In this document: positions 12,829-25,699 of the stretch, piece by piece
Layout of the letters: each line of letters starts with the position of its first letter
Position numbering within the stretch: the first letter of the stretch is position 1
Assembly (NCBI GenBank): GCA_951406725.2
Contig: OX597830.1
Coordinates: 31,992,001-32,056,000, forward strand
Length of the DNA stretch: 64,000 bases
DNA from: Octopus vulgaris
Lineage: Eukaryota
Direction: 5' to 3'
Program-made: the position numbers and the translations under genes
Notes under the pieces: model-generated
What the model was told of the DNA's origin: nothing
Seen by the model: only the letters and a program-made list of their open reading frames with translations
Databases searched by the model: none

Positions 12829-13057
12829 GTCTCTACTGAGTCAACTAGGGTACCTTTACTTAGCCAGTTAAGGCAGTCTATGAGCCCACAGGTGAAAGTC
12901 TATTAAACCAATCATGGACGTTTTACTGAGCCAACTAGGGAGGCTTTATGGAGCCAACAGTTGACTCTACAGAGAGCCACGTAGAATGTCTTCACTGAGC
13001 CAACTAGAGAATCTCTACTGAACCAACTAAGGACTCTCTGCTGAGCAAACTAGCGAG
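12829..13057 (+). repeat. Degenerate ~23 bp minisatellite, about 10 units
   Basis: Units such as tctctactgaaccaactaaggac, tcttcactgagccaactagagaa, ttttactgagccaactagggagg. Confidence 0.7.
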
Positions 13058-13224
13058 ATGATGGAGACAATGATGGCAATGATGTCGACAATGATGATGA
13101 TAATGATGATGATTATGATGATGATGATGATGATGATGGCAATGATGAGGATCATGGGGAGGATGAGGAAGAGTAGGAAGAAGAGCAGAAGGAAGAAGAT
13201 GGCAATGATGATTGTAATGACCAG

Positions 13225-13473
13225 TTCACTCTGAAGTGGTTGGCATTTGGAAGGGCAACCAGCCAATGAAAACCATGGCAAAAAATCTGACCTCACCAGT
13301 GCTGGTACCAAGTATAAAAAGACACCTAGTCCCCACTGTAAAGTGGTTAGCATCAGGAAGGACATCGAGCCAATAAAAAAAAATAAAAAAACAAAACCTT
13401 GCCAATTCAGAAAGTGGTGCTGGGTTTTGACTTGCTAGCTCCAACACATTCCAGCATGGAAGATGGACGTTGA

Positions 13474-13519
<46 letters not shown>

Positions 13520-13615
13520 CGATGACGATTACGATGACGACAACGATGATGATGATAGTGATGATGATGATGATGACGATGATGATGATGGCAATGATGA
13601 TGATGACGATGATGA
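13225..13615 (+). mobile_element. Family D 3' modules followed by an expanded (GAT)n tail
   Basis: gtggttggcatttggaagggcaaccagc; ccagcatggaagatggacgttgaatgatgatg. Confidence 0.7.
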
Positions 13616-14124
13616 AGAATTACCTCACCAGTTTCCTCTAATTTTGGATTTCACGGATTTATTACTCTGCAGACAAAACAAATGGTTCTTTATTTTAAAT
13701 ATATATTTTCAAATAATTTCCTCGTCATACATTTCATTAAAGTTAAATATATTTTTCGCTTTTTATCAGTTTCATTCTTTTTTTTTAAATTTAGAATTTA
13801 TTTTTAATTTTTCATTACATATTTTTTTTTCCTAATTTCAATTTTTTTATTCCAAATTTTTAAATTACATATTTGCTTTCTGTTTATCTCTTTATTTATT
13901 CGTTTTATATAAATATATATATATATTACATACATGTACACACATACATACACATACACACTATATTATATATATTTATATATGTATATATGTGTATATA
14001 TGTATATGTATGTATATATGTGTATATATCTATACACACACATACACAAACACACAAATACATAGATATACAACATATTTATATGCACACCTATATATAC
14101 TTATATATACATATATACATGTAT

Positions 14125-14165
<41 letters not shown>

Positions 14166-15214
14166 TACAAATATATACATAAATACATATATATATATTT
14201 GTGTATGTATATGTATATGTATGGATCTTTATATATGTTTTTGTTTATATATATATAAATATTTATATATATATAATATATATATATATGTATATATATA
14301 TACATATATATAGATCTGAAATTATATATATATATACATATACATACACATATATACATATACAGATATATATATATATGTATATGTGTGCGTATATATA
14401 TATATATATTTATATATATACATATACATACATACATACATGCATATATATATAAGTATGTATGTACATCAATATTCTTAAGTTTTTACCTATGAGTTCA
14501 ATTTCTATTTTTAAGTGTTTTAAATTTACTTGTAAATTCTATTTCACTCTATATTTTTACGCTATTTTCAGTCACGTTCATGCATTCTAATATAAGAGAT
14601 ATTCGAAATTATTCTATATATTTATTTTAAAAATTGATTTTTGCAGAAGACAGCAGAGGCTATCAATGCTGACGGTCTAATTCTCAGTATACATGCCTTA
14701 ATACCATATGATTGTAAATATATATATCTCTGTTTATTTATCTTTCTTTTTTTTTTTTCCTTATCTCTCTTCCTCTTTCTCTGTCTGTCCATCTTATCTT
14801 CTCGCACCTCTCTCTCTCCCTCTCTATCAATCATCATCATCATCCTTTAATGCCCAATTTCATGTTGGCATATTATGAACTGCATACATATATATGTATA
14901 TACATCAACTATGTGTGTGTGCATGTGTGTGCATATATTCATATCTGTCTATCTATCTATCTAGTTGCCTATATCTTTACCTATCTATCTAGCTATCAGG
15001 TGGGTTGGTTATTAAGAGAAGCAGAATTAATCTATGACCCAAACATATATATAAATATTTACATATATGTATGTGTGTGTGTGAGAGAGAAGGAGAGAGA
15101 GAACATATGTATGTGTGTGTATATATATATCTATATATACGCATATCAATATATATGCATACACATATATATAGACGTATGTGTAGGCATTTACAAATAC
15201 ACACATGCTCATCG

Positions 15215-15660
15215 AGTGCTAAGAGCACCAGCTGAGCATGATCGTTGCCGCTGACTGACCCGTGTGCCAGTGGCATGTAAAATGCACCATTCCTGTGTCA
15301 TCATTACCAGTGTCGCCTTACTGGCACTTGTGCTGCTGGCATATAAAAAATCATTCAAGCAAGGTTGTTGCCAGTGCCGCCGGACTGGTTCCTGTGCAGG
15401 TGACACATAAAAACATCATTTGAGAGTGGCCGTTGCCAGTACTGCCTGACTGGCCCTTGTGTCAATGGCACATAAAAGCCCCCACTATACTTTTGGAGTG
15501 GTTGGTGTTAGGAAGAGCATCCAGCTGTAGAAACCTTGCCCAATCAGACTGGAGCCTGGTGCAGCTTTCTGGCTTGCCAGTCCTCAGTCAAACTGTCCAA
15601 CCTATGCCAGCATGGAAAGTGGACGTTAAACGATGATGATGATGATGATGATGATGATGA
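15215..15660 (+). mobile_element. Family D short interspersed element with (GAT)n tail
   Basis: ggagtggttggtgttaggaagagcatccagctgtagaaac...ccagcatggaaagtggacgttaaacgatgatg; internal ~65-70 bp duplicated modules. Confidence 0.85.
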
Positions 15661-16004
15661 CACACACACATACAAACAGAAATTCTAAATGAAGCATTTG
15701 ACAAGAATGAAGAGGAGATCAAAATGTATAACACAGAGGGCAACTGGAACTTTTTACGAAACAACCAAGAGAGGACTAAAGGTCAAATCTGTAGTTGACG
15801 CAAATTCTTGACCAGACGAAAGGTGACATGCTGATGTAACAAAGAAATAGACAGAGTCATAAAAAACAAATAAACCTGCTTGGAACAATTGAAAATGTGG
15901 GAGGTAGCAGAGCAGTAGACCAAGTAGGTAGAAGAGAAACTAAGAGACAAGTGTAGGTAGGAAAGGAAGAAGCAGAATGGAATAGGTTTACCAATGATCT
16001 ACAG

Positions 16005-16653
16005 CAGAGTTTCACAAACTTGCTTGGGGTGCCACTCCTCTGGGCACCCAGGTTGTATTCCTAGTGCCACCCCCTCCACTCAATACCACTACAGGCATAG
16101 ACCACTTTCTACTGCAAATTCAAAACAACTGTATTTCACAGGATACAGTCCAAATGAGTGGCCTCTTGAACAAGTGTCTTCGTCTATAGGCCTGGGCTGG
16201 CCAAAGCTTTGTGAGTGGATTTGGTTCATGGAAACTGAAAGAAGCCTTTCATGAATAGATATATATATATATGTGTGTGTGTGTGTTTGTATGCATATAT
16301 CTATGTGTGTGTCTCTGTGTCTGTGTTTGTCCCCCACCACAGTTTGACATCCGGTCTTGGTGTGTTTACATCCCCGTAACTTAGTGGTTCAGAAAAGGAG
16401 ACTGATAGAAACTAAGTCCTGGGGTTGATTGTTTTGACTAAAACCCTTCAAAGCAGTGCCCCAGCATGGCTGCAGTAAAATGTCTGAAGCAAATAAAAGA
16501 TAAAAGTTACAAGAAAATTGACTCATTATTTTGTAGTTTTTATATTCATCACTTCCTTTTCACCAACCCATTTTCACCCCATTTTTTTTCAACGACCCCT
16601 GGATATTTTCACTGCCTCCAGAGAGGCAGTACCAGCCACTTTGGAAACCACAG
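16005..16653. mobile_element. hAT (Charlie-like) non-autonomous element containing a nested SINE A
   Basis: Ends cagagtttcacaaact and cactttggaaaccacag; 8 bp flanks atctacag (15997-16004) and ttctacag (16654-16661), 7/8 identical. Confidence 0.65.
16158..16506 (+). mobile_element. SINE family A, 5'-degraded, nested in the hAT element
   Basis: cttgaacaagtgtcttcgtctatag...gtgagtggatttgg...aaataaaagataaaag. Confidence 0.85.
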
Positions 16654-16898
16654 TTCTACAGCATGAGGACTAGAAGGCTGATGTTTCTCAGATTGCAAGG
16701 CAGTCTATCAAAGTTTTGTTTGCGGATTTGGTTTGCAAGATTCTTTATGTGAGTTTGTGTGTTGAAGCATATTCTGTTGTGTCTGCGGAGAGTCATTCTC
16801 TTTTTGTGCCTTATAATGTAACACACTCACTGGTTAAATATCCACTCATTTACTTATTTATTTTTCTAAAATTTTCGTTGTGTCTTCCAAACTTTTCA

Positions 16899-17047
16899 AG
16901 GAGTGGTAAGTAGCTTGCTTACCAATCACATGGTTCCGGGTTCATTCCCACTGCATGGCACTTTCAGCAAGTGTCTGCCACTATAGCCTCGGGCCAACCA
17001 AAGCCTTGTAAGTGGATTTGGTAGACAGTAACTGAAAGAAGCCTGTC

Positions 17048-17089
<42 letters not shown>

Positions 17090-17313
17090 ATGTTTGTGTG
17101 TTTGTGTTTGTCCCCCTAACATCGCTTGACAATTGATGCTGGTGTGTTTACGTCCACGTAACTTAGCGGTTCGGCAAAAGAGACTGATAGAATAAGTACT
17201 AGGCTTACAAAGAGTCAGTTATAGGGTCGATTTGGTCAACTAAAATTGGTGCTCCAGCATGGCCACAGTCAAGTGACCGAAACAAGTAAAAGAGTAAAAG
17301 CGTAAAAGAGTAA
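16899..17313 (+). mobile_element. SINE family A, near full length
   Basis: Head, core and gaaacaagtaaaagagtaaaag tail; interrupts an inverted-repeat element (16715-16899 / 17318-17392). Confidence 0.9.
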
Positions 17314-17399
17314 ATGCGTGGAAATTTAACCAGTGAGTGTGTTTAATTATAAGGCACTAAAAGAGAATGATTTTCCCCAGACAACAGAATATCAAAGAA

Positions 17400-17858
17400 A
17401 ATAAGGATATTGTAGGAGAGAAAAGTGTGCAGACGGATGACACCCTTCAGGTTAGAGATTCTAAAAACAACTGATGCATTAAAGTGCTACAATGAATGGT
17501 TACTAAAACTGAAGAATGCATAGGAGATATCCTAATTTGGTCTCAGCTGAAGGACTATCTATTCTAGCTGACGGCAGATATGATAGATTAAAGAATAAAG
17601 TATATGAAAACAGGGAAAGCCCCGTGTCTATTGGAAATTACTACTGAGATGCAGAAAAATAATTTGGTAGAATGGGACACCGTCTGGTCACCTGTAAAGT
17701 TAATCGAGTCATACAGGAAGGCACCGAAAATGATGGCTAGTGTAGTAGCCTTATGGCCAACTGTCACAGAGGTAAGTGAGATGCCTCTGGGAAGAGTACC
17801 TGCAGAGGTATCGAATTGCTGGACCAGGTCAAGAAAGTTACAGAAAAAGTTAGAGTCT
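17400..17858 (+). pseudogene. RTE-clade LINE fragment (N-terminal RT region)
   Basis: Manual translation with frameshifts and stops: MKTGKAPCLLEITTEM...LVTCKVNRVIQEG...NCHRGK*DA...CRGIELLDQVKKVTEKV; resembles KAPGP..GI..EM / KGKGD...NYRGIKLL. Confidence 0.75.
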
Positions 17859-18124
17859 TCCTCCTTTGAGTAAGCTACAAAATAAATCTAGATACGTAAC
17901 ATATATAATTCTTTATAACTGTAGCCTCTTTAACAGATACTTGCATGCTTTTGCTCACACACATACACACAAACACATGCATACACACACATGCATACAC
18001 ACACACATTCTCTTTCTTTCTCTTTCCTTGTCTGTCTCTTTAGATCATATGTAGATATATATTTGAGTGTAGGTGTGTGTGTCTGGTTATGTGTGTATAT
18101 ATGCATTTAAATATATATACATAT

Positions 18125-18171
<47 letters not shown>

Positions 18172-18329
18172 GTGCAAATATATGTATATGTATATACATA
18201 TATATATATATGTACACATGCATACAAATATATATGTATATATTTAAATATGCATATATCTATGTGTACATATATATTTAAGTATATACACACACACACA
18301 TTCATACATATATCAATATACATACATAC

Positions 18330-18478
<149 letters not shown>

Positions 18479-19414
18479 TGTGTATGTAAAAAAAAAAAGA
18501 ACAGAATTCGCCAACTTCTTTTCTTCTTTTCAGAGCATGACATTTAAACAAGTTGAAAGAAGCACTTGCCTGCCCCTTACCTTTCCCTCTTAATGCATGA
18601 AGTGAGTGAGCAGAGTATATGAAATTATTTCATTAAAATATCTTTATCAAAAGATATCATATAATTAAGTAATTAATTTATAAGAAATTATTAAAACTTT
18701 TTTTTTTATTCAGAATAGATTTGTGGGGAAAAAAAAAGAAAACATCATATAAATGATTATTAAAATATATTTTTTCTGAAAAAAAAATTAATTAATTATT
18801 TAATTATTTATTTAATTAGATATTAACTAATTAATTAATTTTCATGCAAAAAAAATGATGTTTCTATCTAGGAAGTTATATCTATAACAAGAAGTATCAA
18901 TTTTTATTAATTAACATTGGGAAAACTGATTTGTGTGTGTGTGTGTGTGTGCACGTCTCTGTGTTCTGAGGAAAAAGATTTGTGTGTTTAAATGTTTCTG
19001 TATACAATATCATATAAGAGTATGTATACATGTGCGTGCATATGTTTGTGTATCTATACATATATATATGCAAAATAATTACCTATATGCATATATATGT
19101 ATAAGCATATATATATATTCAAATATATATAAATATATAGATATGTGTATATATATAAATACATAAATTTATATCTATATCTACATGCACATATTTCACA
19201 TACACACATACATATCCATAAATACTCATATATAGGTCAATATATGTGTGTGTATTACATACAAATACATTTATGTATATGTGTATACATATGAGTGTGT
19301 GTATGTATATATATGTATGTGTATATATATATATACACACACTCACACACAAAGACTTATATATACACACACATACACGCATATGTACATACCTGGACAT
19401 ACTTGTTACTTATC

Positions 19415-19457
<43 letters not shown>

Positions 19458-19514
19458 TATGTATATATACATATATACATATATTATATATATATGTATA
19501 TATGTATATATGTA

Positions 19515-19553
<39 letters not shown>

Positions 19554-19594
19554 GTAACAGGTATGTCCATATATGTATATATATATATTTTGTC

Positions 19595-19812
19595 ATCATC
19601 ATCATCATCGTCATCATCATTTAACATCCGTTGTCCAAGCTGGCATGGGTTGAACGGTTTGACTTGGTTGGCATGATGAGAGGCTGCACCAAACTCTAGT
19701 CTGTTTTGGCATGGTTTCCTATGGCTAGATGCCCTTCCTAATGCCAACCACTCCGAGAATGTAAGGAGTATTTTCATGTACCACCGGCATAGGTGCCATT
19801 TGCATGACACAG
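19595..19812 (-). mobile_element. Family D, 3' part
   Basis: catcatcatttaacatccg...gatgcccttcctaatgccaaccactcc. Confidence 0.8.
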
Positions 19813-20319
19813 TGGCAAAAAATCCTTATAAACTGTTACTCAGAGTTTCATGTTACTCTTCATTAGACAACTGTGAGTCTACTAAAATAAAAAGCATATT
19901 GCTCAGCCTTTGGTCTTCAAATACTATTTTTGCACTTTGATTTGCATTTATGCACTTAACCCATGTTAGCATGGAAAGCGGACGTTAAACGATGATGATG
20001 ATATAGATTGGTAGATAGATAGATAGACAGATAGATATATGCATATATATATATATACATATATACATATATGTATGTTTATATAATTATACGTAAAGCT
20101 GAGGTCCAAGGATCCAGGTGTATAAAGTTAGTAAGTCATTAGACTGAATAATAAGCCTATTACAGGAACAGTTGTGGTTTATTAACATAGAAGGTTTGTA
20201 AACTTTTCCAATATCAAAGTTTGATAAGCTATATCTATATATATATATATAATAAATTAACAGAACAAAATAAAAAATCCAAGGCTGTGAATAGTTTCCA
20301 AAACATTTATAAAGAGAAG

Positions 20320-20367
20320 GTCTTACAGCTGTTTCCAGGATATTTTATATATCCCTTCATCAGAGAC
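20320..20367 (-). ncRNA. Minimal type I hammerhead ribozyme, canonical core
   Basis: Reverse complement GTCT-CTGATGA-A-GGGATAT-ATAAA-ATATCCT-G-GAAAC-AGCT-GTA-AGAC; palindromic stem III, GUA cleavage triplet. Confidence 0.8.
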
Positions 20368-20941
20368 AGTGCGAGAAAATGTTTAAGTAATAGTTATTAT
20401 AGAGAAGATACGAAATACAGAGTGAAGTGGAGGAATGAAAACAGACGTGAGATGCATAAGGATATTATATCTGCAGTTCCGTTATTTACACAGAATGGTA
20501 TATGTAAGTTTCTTATATATATATATATAAATTTAATTAGAGGTCGTGTTAACCTCATAAGTCCACTAAAATGAATTCACAAATGCACATAATATAGCAT
20601 CCATAGGTACATCTTTTTCCCTCTGATGATATTATTCTCATGTCACATAAATATAAGTTTAATGTTTATTGAGTATTGATGGAAACAGGTGTAAGTGAAG
20701 ATAACCAATTTGCTGTTAATAATAAACCATTATTGACTTCCGAATCTCCATTTCCTTCTTCTTTTAAATATATATCTTCTTCTTCCCTACCAAGAATTCA
20801 CAACGACCTCAAACCCACAAGAGTAAACAAGAGAGACAGAGACAGGCAGAAACAAGGAAAATGCCACTTGTATTTGAACACTATACAAATATTCTTTTAA
20901 AAACTTTTATTTTTATTTTTCTAAATTTAATTATTTAATTG

Positions 20942-20983
20942 TTACAGTTGAAAAAGTCTCAATGACTGAAACCGGTACTGAAA
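20942..20983 (+). ncRNA. Minimal type I hammerhead, U3-A8 core variant
   Basis: TTACAG-TTGAAAA-AGTC-TCAAT-GACT-GAAA-CCG-GTA-CTGAAA; stem I 5/6, stem II 4/4, palindrome ACCGGT. Confidence 0.7.
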
Positions 20984-21045
20984 TGTTTTTTATAAAATTA
21001 TTTTAGCATTTTCTATCTTGACTTTTTTTCCATATATATACATAC

Positions 21046-21094
<49 letters not shown>

Positions 21095-21199
21095 TGTATA
21101 TATTATGTTTAAAAGATGTTTCTCTTCATTCATCTGGGTGGTTGCAGCTTTGACCAGGACCAGTTTATATATTGATATTCAACAATTGGTTGTCTCAGT

Positions 21200-21500
21200 A
21201 CAGATTCCTCTCCCATTTTTAAATCAGCTGAGAATGGCTTAATCCCTGTCCCCCTTACCATTTTGGCATTCAGCAGAGCTCCTTCCTTGTGCCAGTAAGA
21301 AGTACTTTTTACTGCCTCTCCCAGTTTGCAAGCAACTTCCTTGTTTTGTCTATCTGATTCCAATGGCTGTAATCATGCTTCACACTCGCAGAGCATCAAT
21401 TCCTCTACAGCCAGCTTCAGCTGGAATCAGTCATGTGTGACATCCTTCCCTTTGCAATCCTGCAATAATTTCCTTCAGGATTATTTTCTTTTTTCTTCCT
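21200..21500 (-). pseudogene. RLE-type non-LTR retrotransposon 3' fragment (Hero/NeSL-like)
   Basis: Minus-strand translation LLQDC / EGCHT*LIPAEAGCRGI..MITAIGI..KLGEAVKSTSYWHK; resembles C..GW..W..PVEVGCRGF...LGEAAE.AS.W. Confidence 0.6.
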
Positions 21501-21990
21501 CAAACATAAAACAGCATTTGGCCCAAGGGTTGTGTGCACAACCTTGGGTATTGCATCCTTTCTCCCAGGTTTGCCTTCATATACCCTGATTGTGCATTTA
21601 GTAGTAGTAGTAGTAGTAGTAGCAGCAGCAGCAGTATACTCTTTGTTGTTTTGGTGTGGTTGATGGCTTTTCTGCTATCAGGGAGGACGTGGATCTTAGT
21701 TATTGATTTCATTTCTTCTTTTACATTCCATTTTCTGTACCAAACTTCTTCATGTTTTTTCCACATTTTTCTTTTTTTCTTACTGTCCAGCATCTTTGTT
21801 TTTAAAAATATATATATATAATGTACAAACAGAGCCTGAAAAATTGCTTTAAGGTACAAGGCATATTTTATAAATATGTCTGTTCAAGTATCATAAAAGC
21901 ATGAAACTACAAGTAGCTCTTTTGGGTGTGTATTTAATTTCATATATATATAGGTTTTTTTCATTCTCTCTCTGTTTATTTTCTCTTATT

Positions 21991-22028
21991 CCTTTCTGTT
22001 GAAGAGCATAGGCTCGAAACGTAAAAGA
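21991..22028 (+). ncRNA. Hammerhead-like motif, CUGUUGA core variant
   Basis: CCTTT-CTGTTGA-AGAGC-ATAG-GCTC-GAAAC-GTA-AAAGA; in a (TA)n-flanked repeat 21955-22120. Confidence 0.55.
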
Positions 22029-22464
22029 CTTTTTCATTTTCCCAATCGTCAAAACTAATACACATACTTGTTGTTCCTACACCAGTCTTCATCTTTTGTT
22101 GCTCTATAAATTTCAACTATATATATACATATATATGTATAAGAGACCAAAGTGTTCGTATGCTGCTATATTTATATAAAAAGGAATACCAAAAATGGGA
22201 CAAGAATGGATTTGCATGACACCGGTATCTGTCATGACTGATTTTGCTCGGCTTGATGGGTCTTCTTCTTAAGCATGACACAGTACCAAAGGCCTCTGTC
22301 ATTGCCTCCATGAGACCCAATACTCAAATGGAACTTAGCCAGTTTGTCTCCATATAAATATATATATAGATATATAGGTTTATAAACATATAAATGTATA
22401 GGATGCCATGATAGATCGTTAGCTCCTACACACATTTTTTTCTCTCCTTGTTTTTTTCTGTGTA

Positions 22465-22502
22465 TCTTTCTGTCAAAGAGCGTAGGCTCGAAACGTAAAA
22501 GA
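22465..22502 (+). ncRNA. Hammerhead-like motif, CUGUCAA (mutated) core
   Basis: TCTTT-CTGTCAA-AGAGC-GTAG-GCTC-GAAAC-GTA-AAAGA; repeat 22400-22600 followed by (TA)n. Confidence 0.5.
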
Positions 22503-22597
22503 CTTGTTCTATTTCTATTCCTGAGCGCCATACTAATACATTTGTTTGTTTGTTCTTCACCTGCCTTCGTCTTTTGTTTATTTTCGTAAACCTTCCC

Positions 22598-22631
<34 letters not shown>

Positions 22632-22649
22632 ATAGTGGGTGCTTTTTAC

Positions 22650-22870
22650 ATGCCAGGCACGTTAAAAGCACCCATTACACTCTTGGAGTGGTTGGTGTTA
22701 GGAAGCGCATCCATCTGTAGAAACTCTGCCTGATCAGATTGGAGCCCTGGTGCAGCCTTGTGGCTTGCCAGCCCTCACTCAACCCATGCATCCCATGCCG
22801 GCATGGAAAACAGACGTTAACCGATGATGCCGCCGCTAATGATGATGATGATGATGATGATGATGATAAG
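22650..22870 (+). mobile_element. Family D, 3' part with (GAT)n tail
   Basis: ggagtggttggtgttaggaagcgcatccatctgtagaaac. Confidence 0.8.
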
Positions 22871-23503
22871 TTTATAAATATATATATATATATATATAAA
22901 TATATATTTAGAGAGAGACAGAGAAAGAGAGAGAGAGGGGGGGGAGAGAGTTACACATGTATATACATACATACATATACTGTACATATATACATATGTA
23001 TGCCCATGTATGTATGTATGTATATGTGCATGTACATACAAGATAACCAGCACATTTCATTCCATCTGGGTGAAACCGGCTGTCCTTTATATCAACTCCA
23101 TGTGGCTGACTAACACAGATTTAATTGTAGCAGATCATTGATGTCTCTGTTGAATAACAAGCAGTCACTGATGATTTGTATAGCTGATGAAAGGACTTCA
23201 TACAGTGATTGTATTTGCTGATGTTTTGTCCCATATTAGTTTTGTGTGATCTATTACAAATTTGATCTACCTACTTATTGATCTTACATAGATTTCCCTA
23301 CGTAGCATTTATTTATTTCTTTTAATTATTACTTGAGCAATTTCATGAATAACGCCTGAATTGACCAGAGAAAATTGTTCTGTATTTCCCTATTATATAT
23401 GTGTGCATATATTTTATATAAATATGTGTATGTATATATATATATATATATATACATATATATGTGTATATATATATGCATATTTATATATATATATATA
23501 TAT

Positions 23504-23733
23504 ACTCTTTTACTCTCTCTTTTTACTCTTTTACTTGTTTCAGTCATTTGACTGTAGCCATGCTGGAGCACCGCTTTTAGTCGAGCAAACCAGCCCCAGG
23601 ACTTATTCTTTGTAAGCCTAGTACTTATTCTATCAGTCTCTTTTGCTGAACCATTAAGCTACAGGGATGTAAACACACCAGCATTGGTCGTCAAGCGATG
23701 TTGGTGGACAAACACAGAAACACAAACATATAT

Positions 23734-23760
<27 letters not shown>
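23504..23760 (-). mobile_element. SINE family A, 3' half
   Basis: ctcttttacttgtttcagtcatttgactg...gctggagcaccgc. Confidence 0.85.
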
Positions 23761-23783
<23 letters not shown>

Positions 23784-23795
23784 GTACATATATAC

Positions 23796-23829
<34 letters not shown>

Positions 23830-25206
23830 TATATATATATATATATAGGCATGTTGGTGTAAACAGGAAAAATAGAACTGAAAATATGAGTATATGTATA
23901 TTTCTATTAATATTTAGTAGAAGCAACAGAGTGACTCAAGATAGTGGTGGTGGTGGTGACGGTGGTGGTAGTGGTGGTTATGGGTGCTTGAGGGTGGTTG
24001 TTGTGGTGGCAGTGGTGGTGACGGTGGTGGTGGTGGTGGCAGTGGGGGTTGTGGGTGTTTGATGGTGGTGTTTATTTCTAAATAAAGCAAGTGTGACCCT
24101 CCAAGAGACTGACACATCTGTAGCCAGATATAAAAAAAATTAAAAAATATAAAAAAAACAGCAACAACAACAAAGAAATAATGCTGTGTGTGATAATTCT
24201 TGACATTGCCATTAGCCTGTGGCTTGCACTCAACAACTTACTACAACAACAATAAAAAACAAATCAACAAACAACAATAAAAAAAAACAAAAGAAGAAAA
24301 ACAATAGAAAAGCTAATTCTTTGATTGAGTATCTTTATAACAATGATTTAAGAGCTAATTAGAACACTTTTAATTAATTTACTGATAATTTTGGAGCCGG
24401 TTGTGAACTTGATACTTTATTATTTTTTTTTAACCTTCATCAGCACCACCATTACCACTACCACTACTATGATGACGATGACGACGCCGACGCCGGACGA
24501 CCACCACCACCACCACCACCATCAACAATGCCAGTTACCACCACCACCACTACCACTGCCGTCAACACCATCACCACCCCCACTGCTGTCAACACCATCA
24601 CCACCACCACCACCACTACAACCAGTACAACCACCACAACCATGACCACAACCATTATCACCACCACTAAAGCCACACACACACACATATGCACAAACAC
24701 ACACATATATATATACATGTATTTACACAAAAGACACAAACACACACATATAACACACATATGCACAACATACATGCACACACTCATAACAAACACATCC
24801 GCATCCACATCCACCCAAGTATACATACACATAATATGAATAACATCCGCATACACATTCCTATACACATGCACATACATATAACACAACACAGACACAC
24901 AACACACATATGCACACAACAAACACATGCATACACACACACATGTATATACATGTACTTACATGTACACATATACCTGACCATTAATACCTACCCAAAA
25001 AATTGTTTTACTTCTTCCTCCTCCTCCACCTTCTCCTCCTCATTACCGTCATTGTTTTTGATGGAAGAATTATCAGCTTTGCAGTGAAAATGTCTTACCG
25101 TTATGTGGTGGCCTCATAGTTCTGATTTCAAACCCAAACAGATTAACATTGCTCTTCATATTTCTGGGAGCGTTGATAAAATGATACCAGTAAAAATAAG
25201 AGAGAA

Positions 25207-25500
25207 GTTGTGTCTGGGGAGAGTCATTCTCTTTTAGTGCCTTATTATTTAACACACACACTGGTTAAATTTCCACTCATTTACTTATTTACTATTCTAA
25301 AATTTTCGTTACATCTCGCAAACTTTTCAATGTCAACAATTCTTGAAAAGGTTGCAAGAAAAATAAATAAGTAAATGAGTGGAAATTTAACCGATGAGTG
25401 TGTTAAATTATAAGGCCCTATAAAAGAGAATGACTCTCCCCAGACACAACTGAATATGTTCCGACACGAACTCACATAAAGAATCTTGCAAACCAAATCC
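25207..25500. repeat. Foldback of the same family as 16715-16899
   Basis: gttgtgtctggggagagtcattctc...cttttcaa then ttgaaaag...gagaatgactctccccagacacaac. Confidence 0.85.
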
Positions 25501-25699
25501 CAAAATGAAATAAGGGAGAAGTGCTATCAAAGAAATATCAGGGTCCAGTCTCAAAGTCACAAATTCCTTCACTACACAACCATACCTGAGAATGAAAATT
25601 AATCTTGTAAAATAAAGGTAAAGTTGCCTTCTTGAGTCATATTGACTCGTAGGAACCAGCTTCCTGGCTTCCATCATCAGCAGCATCATCATTGTCATC

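Noticed and set aside
23160-23212. CTGATGA...GAAA candidate hammerhead
   Set aside because: No convincing stem II or correctly placed stem I.
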